From Cenococcum geophilum (Eukaryota): a DNA stretch of 64,000 nt. The stretch covers positions 12,028,001 to 12,092,000 of the forward strand of contig CP158635.1 of assembly GCA_050273025.1 (NCBI GenBank), given 5' to 3'. A program made the position numbers and the translations under genes. Positions 1-10,114 of this stretch are shown here, one piece after another. Each line of letters begins with the position of its first letter. The first letter of the stretch is position 1. The notes beneath the pieces were generated by a model. It saw only the letters and a program-made list of their open reading frames with translations. It was not told the DNA's origin and did no database searches.

Positions 1-1454
1 CATTTAATAGAGTTTACGAGCTTACTAAGCACCTCCGGCTTACTTATAGGAGGCTCTACACCCCTGGAACCTACCTCGCCGTTAACAAAACGATTTAGCG
101 CTTCATAGGTCGTGCTCCTAAGACGGTTAATATTCCATCCAAACCAACACCAAAAGGCTTTAAAATATGGATTCTGGCTAATAAGGGCTATATATTAGAC
201 TTTATATAGCACGCTAAAGGTAATAAGAAAGGCCCAGTTAATTTAGATAAGTCTTTTCTAAAGGAAGGCTTTTTAAAGACGCAGGCAGTAGTCCTTAATT
301 TACTTCTCCAGTTAGACACCAAAACAGAAGAACGCCTCTACCCACCTGGAAAGCACATTGTTTGGCTTGATAACCTATTTACAAGTGTTAAGCTTCTTAT
401 ACGACTTCGAGGCCTTGGTATTGGAGGCGTAGGAACCGTCCGAACAACTAAAACGAAGTGGGAGGAGCAGGGGGACCTTGAAGGCGATATTAAGGTGGCT
501 ACAAATGCACAAGGAAAGAAGAAGGTACCTACTAAGTAAATTAGCCGGAGGCTCGCAGAGCTTAAATTAACCCACGCTGGTCAAATTCCATGGGGTGAAC
601 TCTATGGGAAGCTTTCTAGTGACAGCCAGGTAATGGAGTTTGCTTGGAAGGACGCTAATATAGTCCTTTTTATGAGTACTGTTGACGACGGTAAGTTCTA
701 TACCTTAACTATAAAGCTCAAAAGCTAATAACGTCATACATCGCCAGGTCGCCACATAATTGTTACCCTACGGAAACGTCCTCCCCTTACTGCCAGTGGC
801 GCCAGACAGACTCGGAAGGTCTTTGGCAATAAAGATAAAAAGGAATTACCTATTCCTACCTTCATTTTCTACTATAATCACTATATATATGGTGTAGATA
901 TTGCTAATTAACTACGCGCGTATTTTACGACGCAGAGGATCAACAGGAAGACCTAGAAGCCTCTATTCCACTTCCTACTTAATATAGTAATTAGCAATTG
1001 CTATCTGCTGTCTTCCTACCCTCCTACTAATCGTTAAGTAAGCCGTACAGAGGGCCACAAACAGTTTCGAATCGACCTCCGCAACACCTTATTTAAACGC
1101 TCGATTCGCAAGCGAAAGGCCTACACACAAGAACAGCCTATTTAACGCTCTACCGACGATATTATATGGGTCCCTACAGCGCTGCATAAACTAATCAGGC
1201 TATTTCCTAAGGAGGTTCACTGCTCGGCCTGCATAGAGGCTAGCAGGCGTGCTAAGGAATCATCTATAGGGCGTCGAAAAGCTCTATCAAAGCTATCACC
1301 AAATACTACAAGGAAACCTCGTGATAGTAAGGAATGGCAGAGGCGTAAGCGTGCTCCAAGGACCCATTTTGGCTACAGTATTTGTAAAATACCGTTCTAT
1401 AGGAAGGATGACTGCTGGCTACCTTATATCGAGCGACTCAACTCCAAAGATTGA
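1..1454 (+). pseudogene. piggyBac-family DDD transposase remnant with an intron at about 691-747
   Basis: Translates as LAVNKTI*RFIGRAPKTVNIPSKPTPKGFKIWILAN...VWLDNLFTS...GVGTVR...FAWKDANIVLFMSTV...YNHYIYGVDIAN*LR, then a C-terminal Cys-rich tail (CSAC...ICKIPF...CW). Stops are TAA/TAG. GTAAGT...CAG intron. Confidence 0.85.
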
Positions 1455-1590
1455 GCCTATATAGCAATTTTATATAGGACTCAATGAATATTACCAGCTT
1501 TGTATTTCTGAGCACGGGGTATCAGATTCGGCTAATCTAATTGGTGGGTTCTTATCGATAACCTGAGGACCCATTTTGCCGTGTCAAGGG
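1..1590 (+). mobile_element. piggyBac-like DNA transposon, 3' part (5' end outside window), moderately RIPed
   Basis: Decayed transposase followed by a terminus ...GTCAAGGG at 1590 and ATAA at 1591-1594 (a variant of the TTAA target). Sequence after 1590 resumes an interrupted inverted repeat of another element. Confidence 0.8.
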
Positions 1591-2574
1591 ATAACTTCTG
1601 CTTACCGTGCAATACTATGAGTCATCTTGAGCGATCGATAAGAGGGTGCCTTGGACAGCCTCTAGACGACCAGAAAGTTCGTGCAGTCCGCTAAGAAGCT
1701 ATTAACTTGTTCACCAGCATGTAAATAGTTCTATCCCGAGCAAGTCAATCGGATCTTGGACGTGATTGTGCTTCTGTGGTGACGCGACGCTCAGTAGCTG
1801 GAATCAACGAAAATGCAGCTCACACCCGCCGTCGCCGAAAGCAGCTTAGCGGTAATTTAATGGTAAGGAATATTGATGCCCGGGCTCTTATGCCTTGCGC
1901 GGCTAGGCCGGGCACTAAGGCGCGAATCTTGCTCTGAGCATGACTCGTATGGACACCCACTCGACTGCCGCCCATCTTCTTGCGCTGGGATGCGAGCATG
2001 TGTTCCCTCGCGTGTCGGTGGTATGCTATGGGTAATGCTGAACCCTCCGGCAGCCGACTACCTGGAAAATTTCGTTCTGTCGTCGTCGTCGTCGCACCTG
2101 ATCTGCGGAGAGTCGTCATTTACGCCTGAATAGGGCTGAAACATCACCAACCTCTCCGGCTCCTTCATTCTTTCCCTAGACCTCAATAAACTCACGCTCT
2201 TAAAGACGCAATATTCGCCGATCAACCCTCAAGTCATACCTTGTTTCGCGAAGAAATCTTGGCGAGTTGCTTATCACCACAAATTGCCAAGGAACGCCAC
2301 ATAAAACTCTGACATGATCGGCATCTGCACTTGAACACGGGCCACGCTTAAAGCAGAAGATGCGCGCGGGATCTCGAGCTAGGCTCAAGGAGAACGGTAG
2401 TATTGCATGGTAAGCAGGAGCTATTGCCAGAATATAACAATGACAAACGAGAATTTGCTATCTAAAAATTTTATTCCGGAAGTAATTGTCCTAGCCTGTT
2501 GTTGAATTCGTTGTGTTGGAAAGCATTGTCGAGTTTTCGTCACGGGGTTGTTTTTGCCATGCAGTGATGGACGT
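1591..2574 (+). mobile_element. Old, internally deleted pogo/Fot1-like element; left TIR interrupted by the piggyBac
   Basis: Right end reads ...GCAGTGATGGACGT|TA. 1593-1632 is the reverse complement of the inner part of the right terminal repeat (2383-2421). Frameshifted HTH-like fragments start at about 1617 (MSHLERS..., QLTPA.AESSL). Confidence 0.6.
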
Positions 2575-2901
2575 TAGATGTCCAATATTCACAGTCTTCC
2601 CCGTCAACTTCTGCACTTGTTGCTGCGCTCTCCAGTAGTCTTATGATGGCTAGATCCGCCCTCTGGTCAAATTGTGGTCCGTTAGAATGCCATCATGCAC
2701 GCCACGTCAGCGACTGTTGTCGTCTCCCAATCATCGATAGCGCCCTATGCATGCTCCGAGGCTGTGCCTGCAGTCGCAATCACTCCGGATAGTGCAAGGA
2801 TATTCGGCATGTCCTATTGAGATAACTATTCTTCCCCTCGCTCTTGAGGCTTTTCTCGATGGAGCAATTTATCCTATTGCGAACAGGATTGACTTCTCAT
2901 A

Positions 2902-5726
2902 ATGCTATTTCGAAGGATTTTCCAGCGACAGGATCATCGACGGGGTCGTGATGGGAACGCGTCTGCCAGCACAAGCACGTAAGTTTGTACACCACCGTGA
3001 AAAGTATAGGTTCTTACTATTGCCCTTTGATTCAGAAACTCTGCCGCTGAATCTTTCCGAGAAGCTGGAGATAGGAAACTCGATGAAGGGGACTTCCACT
3101 CCGCCATCAGCTTCTACAACGAGGCGATCAGGCTTTCTCCCACCGATGGCCAACTGCTTCTCTCTCGCGCTGTCGCATATCGACTGTCTGGTCCAGTCCA
3201 CCACCGATTCGCCCTGGATGATGCGAACGCAGCCATTCAGTCTAAACCTGATAACTGGAGGGCATGGGACATTAAGGGAGATATTCTTGCCGCTATGACA
3301 GAATATGGAGAAGCCGAGGAAGCGTACCAAAACGCCATTGGTTTCGCCAGCAACATGGACCGACCTAAGATGCAGTCAAGCTTAGCTGACGTGCGGGCTA
3401 AAAAACGCTTGGGAGCCTCTTCTGCACCGTACCCAGTCCGCACCACGGTCTCACAGTCGCCTTCTAGAGAGGGAGCTCATGAGCTAGCCGCGAGCAATAG
3501 CCGTAAGTGATATCCAATACTGCCCTTTATTCATTCTATCTTGCTGAAGAGGTCTAGGCACGTCTATCATTGATGCTTCTACACCCAACGCAAATAGACC
3601 GCAAGCATCGACACCAAGTACAGCTAGTCAGCATCGCTCTGGTACGGGTTTTACACCCTCGGAGTTCGAGACAATCGGTGAAACTGTTCCAACAGTACCC
3701 CCGCCGGTTTACTCTGCTTCGTCCACTTCCACTACTCCCACAATTCCCACTGTCTCTAATACAACTATTTTTGAATCCGTACTGACAAATCTAATACTCG
3801 GGGTCCCACTTTCAACTACAGCAACATCAGCGGCAATGACTGCGCAAAACAAAGGCAAATTGTCGCTTCGTGCCTACACTGCGACACAGAGTGTCGATGC
3901 AATTCAGTTGTTGTATGTTGGATTGACTCAAGATCAACTTACCACTAGGGAACTTGACACTAGTCCAAAGGATCGTCATGCAAGTCACAGTAAGCTGCGG
4001 TCACGATATCTAGAAAAAGTGCTGAAACATGTTAGATCTTCAAACAACCGACACAATAGTCTACCCAGGCAACAACTTTCTGGACAAGGACTGTGAAGTA
4101 AGCGCGCGTTACGCCGGCAGCATTCCAGGAACAACCACCATCACCGGCTACTCGCTGGAATATCGTCTTTATCAGATGGCTAAAAATCCAAATCTGCAAA
4201 TGGAATCACTCAGACAAGGTCTTCCCCGAAATCAACTGGCAAACATTGTCAGCAGACTCCAAAATTTGCAAATAGATGTAGAAGATAATGAGGGACTCAA
4301 GCCGCTCCTGGGGATGTCACAGATCCATACACTTCAGTGCGGTTTTGGCCCCAACGGACGACTCCAGGATCGTATCGACAACATATGCTACATGATTACT
4401 AGGACTCATTTCGACGAGCCCACACGAGTTCGAGATTTCTCCGCTATTGGTAATCTTAGTAGTCTCCTCAAGCCACCAGCCACGCAACCCACACAACTTC
4501 GAGATTTTTTGTTCCAGATACTGCTCGGTTTTGAAATACTTATTCGTGTTCGACGGCAAGTGGTCCAACCATCCTACAGCAGTATCATTACCTACAACAT
4601 TTCATGCATGATGGTCGCAGCAAGCCAATTCAAGACCAATGTCCGCATTGTTCAGAAGCCGGCAACGCCTGGGTCAGCTTCGCCGACCTATGACTTTGTG
4701 CCACTGAATCATAACTCCCATGCGCAAGGGTTGAACAAATTTGCCGAGACCATCAAATGGCCATTCTTGGACGAAGCGAAACGATTTATTTACCAAGCCA
4801 CCAGCAACATGGCCATTGGCACGTGGCCATCGGGACCTGACCTATGTGACTTCCTATTCGGACTCGTCCTCCCTGGTAAAATGTTCCGCCACCTCATCTT
4901 GTGCGCTTTGGTCCAAGCCACACCATCTATTAGTACCTTGGGTGTAGCCCAATATTACGACAGCGGATTGGTTCTACACCAACGAGCCTCATACTGGCCT
5001 CAGAGAACGGTCCTGGGACGCGTACTAGGAGGTTCTCAAGATATGGTTTCGTGCTGTGGGTGGATTGGGCCTGCTCCGGCCCCGCGCGGAACAAGCTCTC
5101 ACAGTGCGATCAACGGATGGGTGTTTATTAGCACGGAAAAGGCCTGCATCCCCACTCCTGTAGTTACTCCTCTCATCGCAACGACGGCACAGCCTCCGGA
5201 AGATCCGAATAATTTCATCATACCCACGCCGCCGACCCAGGAGCCGAACCATCGCGGCTCGGTGCTGAAGCACATCAATCTAGACATGATAGTGGGCAAC
5301 CAGACAGTCCAGGCTTTCCTGGCCCTCGTTCCGGGGCTTGCGCAAGAAGCCTACCGCGCCTCGCTTGACTTCGAAATCAACGGCGCACCTGTTCGATACA
5401 CGCTGTACAAGAACCCGATCTTCGTCACCGCGCCGCCGTGTGTTGGGACGCATCCCACGCTCAGAAGCGTGGTGGAGAAGTGGCTGTGTGATACTGTCAC
5501 GGTGGCTGACCTGCGCACTACCATCCCAGAGGCAGGCAAGCTTCTGATCATCAACGCACTAGGCGATGGCGATGAGGTTCTGGCGAGGGCTTGGTGCGCG
5601 GAGCATGGGAAGAATGCTATCGTTCGGAAAAATGAACCAGGGCTGGAATGTTGTCTTACTTGTGCTTGTACTCTGGCAGATAGCGGCAATGGGTTGAATG
5701 TTCATGTCGTGATATGGAGTAAGTGA
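2902..5726 (+). CDS. Intact 4-exon gene (2902-2978, 3036-3502, 3558-3989, 4036-5726; 888 aa): N-terminal TPR repeats, Ser/Thr/Pro linker with PPPVY, uncharacterised fungal C-terminal domain
   Basis: GTAAG...YAG introns at 2979-3035, 3503-3557 and 3990-4035 join the exons in frame (2667 nt). Exon 2 has TPR-like helices (AESFREAGDRKLDEGDFHSAISFYNEAIRLSP...AWDIKGDILAAMTEYGEAEEAYQNAI). Exon 4 has SYWPQRTVLGRVLGG, CGWIGP, LARAWCA and CCLTCAC motifs. No RIP bias. Confidence 0.88.
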
Positions 5727-5788
5727 TATTCGGTATGCTGGTGAAGGAATATATGGTTACCAGGACATGGTCGGAGACCTGGAGCTAT

Positions 5789-6110
5789 CCCTTGCATGGA
5801 TAGATACGTCCTATAAAATGTGGCCCGTGCGCACCAATCAATAAGGTGCATATACGGGCGGTAAGTTGTTCTGCCATATCACCAAAGGAGAGGCTTAAAG
5901 GCAGGTAATGGTTCAGGCTCTAGCGGTGGCCTTTTTGCGACCCGATTTTTGGAAATAAGATATTAAATGGGCTGCGCAAGGTCTATATCATTGGATGTGT
6001 AGTTACGCACCATCTTGGTGGTGTTATTTGTTTACATTTGGACACCAAAAAGTTGATGTTCTTGACCCCGCGCACGGGCCACAAAATATAGGACCCTATC
6101 CGTGCAAGGG
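5789..6110. mobile_element. piggyBac-like MITE (322 bp)
   Basis: About 44-bp imperfect TIRs: CCCTTGCATGGATAG...TGTGGCCCGTGCGC and GCGCACGGGCCACA...CTATCCGTGCAAGGG. Flanked by CTAT and ATAA. Same CAAGGG|ATAA end as at 1590. Confidence 0.7.
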
Positions 6111-6174
6111 ATAATGACCCGTTAGCGGCCGAGTACTTATCATTCATGGCCTGTGTCGACCGGAAGGATATTCC

Positions 6175-6474
6175 CTAATTACTACTCCCTGCTGGCCCAT
6201 CACGGATAGAAGAGACGGAAGTGATCGGAACGCTTAGAGCCTGTCTGTAGGCAGGCGCTCCATTCTTCTCCCATACCCGGCAGTATCCTGATCCATTTGG
6301 CTCTTCGTACCTGAACAGGCACCCTATCAGGCTGCGGCATGGACTGAACATGAGTGCAGATGCGTATGTCTGAAGAGGATTATTCCCGATTGCCACCTTA
6401 TGATGCAGGATAAATCGATGCACATCTTGAACTGGCTTGAGGAATGCCGGTGCGTCTGTTCTTGCGTATATCAT
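6175..6474 (-). pseudogene. Fragment of a NACHT-WD40 (HET-E/NWD-like) NLR gene, post-NACHT linker only
   Basis: VQDVHRFILHHKVAIGNNPLQTYASALMFSPCRSLIGCLF matches the D..RF.......I...PLQ.Y.SAL.FSP..S linker typical of fungal NWD proteins. No NACHT or complete WD repeats present. Confidence 0.75.
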
Positions 6475-6489
6475 GTCAGCTCAAATTGT

Positions 6490-6866
6490 ACAAGCGGCTA
6501 GACGAAGAACCACTTAGAGAATAGTTACGAGTTTTCCAGCGTATATTAACGAGAATGGAATATCAATGTCAGACTACCTGTCACTCCTGGCCGAACAGGA
6601 AGAGGAGGTGATTGGTCTTCTCAGTGAAGAATTTGAAGATGGGAGGTATCGCAACATGAAGAATTCGGTAGCCACAACATGGCTGATTTCATTTGGTCAA
6701 ATCCGGCAGCGCGATCAGTTAGGACACGGCCGTGATGAAGAGGCCACCAAGACTCATAGATGAGTGTGTCTCTTCATGCACGCGTGTGCTTGGAGCTCGT
6801 CATCATCTCACACTCAGTCCGGTTGAAACATTAGTCGGATGGAGAGCAGTAACGACCGGAGATTGA
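6490..6866 (+). pseudogene. Internally deleted NB-ARC/TPR-type NLR fragment
   Basis: AYINENGISMSDYLSLLAEQEEEVIGLLSEEFEDGRY...NSVATTWLISFGQI (helical region after the NTPase) is joined directly to a terminal kinesin-light-chain-like TPR remnant (GRDEEA...ECVSLHARVLGARHHLT). Confidence 0.7.
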
Positions 6867-7009
6867 TAAAGGGATTGTACAGCAGTATTTAGATTAACCA
6901 CGGTACGAAGATGAACATCGGTGCCTGCACCCAAATCGTAGCCCGATGTAGCTTGAGAGCATCACCAGTGAATCGCTTATACGCGCCTCCCTCGAGTGGC
7001 ATCACAGGG

Positions 7010-7497
7010 ATCCATGCTGTGGATCACAAATCGAGAGTTCAGGCATTAAGGCGGCGATCAGTGCTAAATGACAGCTATGCTGCTTCCGGCTTTTGCATAC
7101 AGCCAACGAGTGCCAATCAAATTTCGTTAAGACATGCTGATGGATTTCCAGTCGCTACAATCGCACGTCTGTCTTCAGGATACAATTGATTCTCTCGGGA
7201 TAGAACATTCACGAGCCTGTCTACATCCTGTAGACTTTTCAGAATGATGCATCAACTGTGCGGTGATTACGAGGATGTCGTAAGTGCAGCTGTCGTACTG
7301 CGCTCAAGGTGGATAGTGGTATTGCACGGTAAGGAGAAGCTATTGCCCGAATATGATAATGACAAATAAACAATTTATGATTCAAAGCTGCTATCCCGAG
7401 AATATCTATCGTTCTAGCTCGTTGCTAAGTTTGTTGGGTTGAAAAGCAATGGCGAGTTTTCGCCACGGGGTGTTTTTCGCCACGCAGTGACAGGCGT
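7010..7497 (-). mobile_element. 5' end of a second, diverged pogo/Fot1-like relic
   Basis: 7302-7499 is a diverged direct copy of 2383-2576 and ends ...GCAGTGACAGGCGT|TA with a repeated TTTTCGCCACG motif. Further inverted similarity to about 1630-1960 (e.g. CTCGGGATAGAAC). Confidence 0.6.
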
Positions 7498-8441
7498 TAC
7501 TATGAATAGAATTCCTGAACCTAGAGTCGAGCTAGAGTTTTACTATTTAAAATAGGGCAGTGATAGTTGCACACCCCCTAATTACTGCGCGCACACCCCC
7601 TAATTACTACGCGCACACCCCCTACTAAACAGGCTTAGATCTTTCCACTTTAAGTTAGAATATCACATGTGTTTGACTTGTTTACACCTAAATCGCGAAA
7701 ATCAAAGTGTTAAAATACAACTCCTGTAATACCTTCAAGATCGCCCTAAGTTGGCTGGTAGGACTGCGCAGTGCTCTGTGAGGCGCCGTAAGAACTAGAT
7801 TGGGTGCTGCTGTCTCTATTTGATGTTTGTAGATTGCCTCTGTGGGCACTTCTGCGCGCACGCGCACGCCCATGCGCACGCGCACGCCCGCCCGCACGCC
7901 CACGCGCGGGTAGTTGTAGCCAGTATTTCACTCAAATGCTGAGAGCTCCCACCGAGCAGAGTTATCAATGCGATTTGTAGAGCCAGCCAGGCGATTATAA
8001 CAATGCTTTACAATTGCAGGCTCTTGGATAAGAAGGTAAGGCAAATGCGAGGTGTCGGCACGTGGTGTTGTTTTCGCGATTTTATCTCAGTTGACTCAGC
8101 CGCTCCGCAGGGAAATTTTTGGCGGTTGCATAACTCAGCACGTACCACACCCCCCTGCAACCCTGAAGTTCCTCAGCGGAGCGTCTGAGAGAATATGGGC
8201 GCGCGTTTGGTGCAAACTGGGTCCATCTAAAATTTCCCTTCGGCGTCAGTGAGCTGCCATAAGGGCAATACTGCAGCTATTATCTTAGTTATTAATGCAT
8301 TTAATTCTTAAGGGACTTAAGTATCTCTTTCTAATAGTCTTAGGACTCTACCTATTTTATTAGGGGGCGAGATACAGCCTTAAAGATTAAAGACGTGGTT
8401 TTAAAACTGGTCCCCTACCTTTTCCCTATAGTTGCATTTCC

Positions 8442-8538
8442 CTACTATAGCTTAGATCTCTATAATAATTTAAAAGCTACTTCTTTTTACTAAGGAGAAG
8501 CAGCTTTTAAATTATTAGAGAGATTTAAGTTATAGTAG
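8442..8538. repeat. Imperfect palindrome with about 43-bp arms
   Basis: CTACTATAGCTTAGATCTCTATAATAATTTAAAAGCT... pairs with ...AGCTTTTAAATTATTAGAGAGATTTAAGTTATAGTAG. Confidence 0.8.
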
Positions 8539-8604
8539 AGAAGTTCTATCTTAAAAGTAGAAGAATATCTAGCTTATAAAGCGTGCACAAGGCGCCCATT
8601 TTCC

Positions 8605-8755
8605 CTTAGACCCTCAGTGAGGAATCCACCTGCGAGCACGTGAATCCACCTGCACGGGCCATAAATCTGCACAACTTTAAGATGGAAGGTAGAACCGGGC
8701 GTGCCCAGGTGCACAACTCCCACAGCAGGTGGAAATTCCTCACCGAGGGCCTAAG
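8605..8755. mobile_element. Small MITE-like inverted-repeat unit nested in the long-TIR element
   Basis: CTTAGACCCTCAGTGAGGAATCCACCTGC versus GCAGGTGGAAATTCCTCACCGAGGGCCTAAG. TTA/TAA at the edges would fit PIF/Harbinger. Confidence 0.55.
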
Positions 8756-9086
8756 TCAACTGAGATAATCGCGATTTAGGTGTAAACAAATCAAACACAC
8801 GTGATTCTCTAACTTGAAGTGGAAAGATCTAAGCCTGTTTAGTGGGGGGTGTGCGCACAGTAATTAGGGGGTGTGTAACTATCACTGCCCTTAAAATATG
8901 TGCACTAACGGTTAGTATATATCCACGAGTGGCGTAAAAAGTAAGGGTACCCGCATCCGGTAGGGCTGTGAATGGTTAACCTTTGTAGCCTAAGGGCTTT
9001 AATTAATTATAAACGGAATAAGTATTTGTAATTATGTAGTAGTGCAGTTCTAGAACCCTCTGTTTTTTTAGAAATCCGCAGGCTTA

Positions 9087-9569
9087 CAGTTGTTTGCGAA
9101 ATATCGTCGACAGTGTGTATAGACGCAATGCGGCTCACCAAATTTACAAAATACCCCATTGTGCCCTACCGCCCTACTAATATGGTTCTAAATTTTATAA
9201 ATAAAGGCCTATTTTATAGCTCTATTCTAGAGCTATAAAATAAGGCTCTATATATGTAAATTAGACCAATATTGGTGGAATTATATGGGGTGCTTTACAA
9301 CGGCGTTAAACTTAAATTAAGGCTCTGCGCTGATTAATTTAACCCCTCTAGCCCCAAAAATAAGCACCCTATATAACCCCATTAATATAGCTCTAAATTA
9401 TATAAATAAGGACTTATTTTATAGCTATAGAGTGGGGCTATAAAATGAGCCCTTATTTATATAATTTGGAGCTATATTGGTGGGGATATAGGGGGTGTAT
9501 TGTTTTGATTAGGTGTAGTAAACCGCATTGCGTCTATGCATACTGTCGACGATATTTCGCAAACGACTG
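9087..9569. mobile_element. Tc1/mariner-type MITE (483 bp) with two internal hairpins
   Basis: TA|CAGTTGTTTGCGAAATATCGTCGACAGT... and ...ACTGTCGACGATATTTCGCAAACGACTG|TA, TIRs about 47 bp. Internal foldbacks at about 9172-9278 and 9377-9485. Confidence 0.88.
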
Positions 9570-10114
9570 TATCTAATCTCGTTTAGTTGGCTTAGCTTCC
9601 TTATAAATTATATTAGGATGGCGTTGCAATAGTATAGCCTTAAATAAGCGAGCGCTAAAGGTAGCTGGGCTGTGTTATTTTATAAACATGCTTATAGGGA
9701 GTGCCCCTTTATATTGTTAGCAACCCGAACACTTCGCTAGCCTAGAGGATTATAACGCGAAATAGAGTATAATAGAACACGAGCGTATCTCTAAGTAGAA
9801 ATACACTTGTATAGCAAGCGTTTGAAATTATTACTAAATAGTAATAAATACTTATGATAACCTAAATATAAAGCTCTACGTATGTTAATAAATAGAGAAG
9901 TGACTATTAGTACCTATATAACCATAAATGTTAACAGAAACTAATTAACGAGCGCTAATATAAAAATATTACTAGTAGAGCTTATTATAATAGTGTACCT
10001 AACGGCTTTAGAGAACTCCTATAAATTTATAGGCAAAATCTAGACACTTCTTATAATGCCCTTCAATTTCTTACGATTAAGCGCGTTATTTAGTTTCCTA
10101 TTATATCCTTAAGG

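Larger units (their letters stand above)
7555..8890. mobile_element. Non-autonomous long-TIR element, Mutator-like
   Basis: TIRs of about 120-145 bp (GGGCAGTGATAGTTGCACACCCCCTAATTAC... / ...AACTATCACTGCCC). Exact 8-bp TSD TTAAAATA at 7547-7554 and 8891-8898. No transposase recognised. Confidence 0.85.

Noticed and set aside
2905..5689. Short overlapping antisense or alternative-frame ORFs
   Set aside because: Shadows of the real CDS with no independent motifs.
4029..5726. 565-aa ORF as a stand-alone gene
   Set aside because: Its ATG lies inside a predicted intron (3990-4035). It is better explained as exon 4 of the gene starting at 2902.
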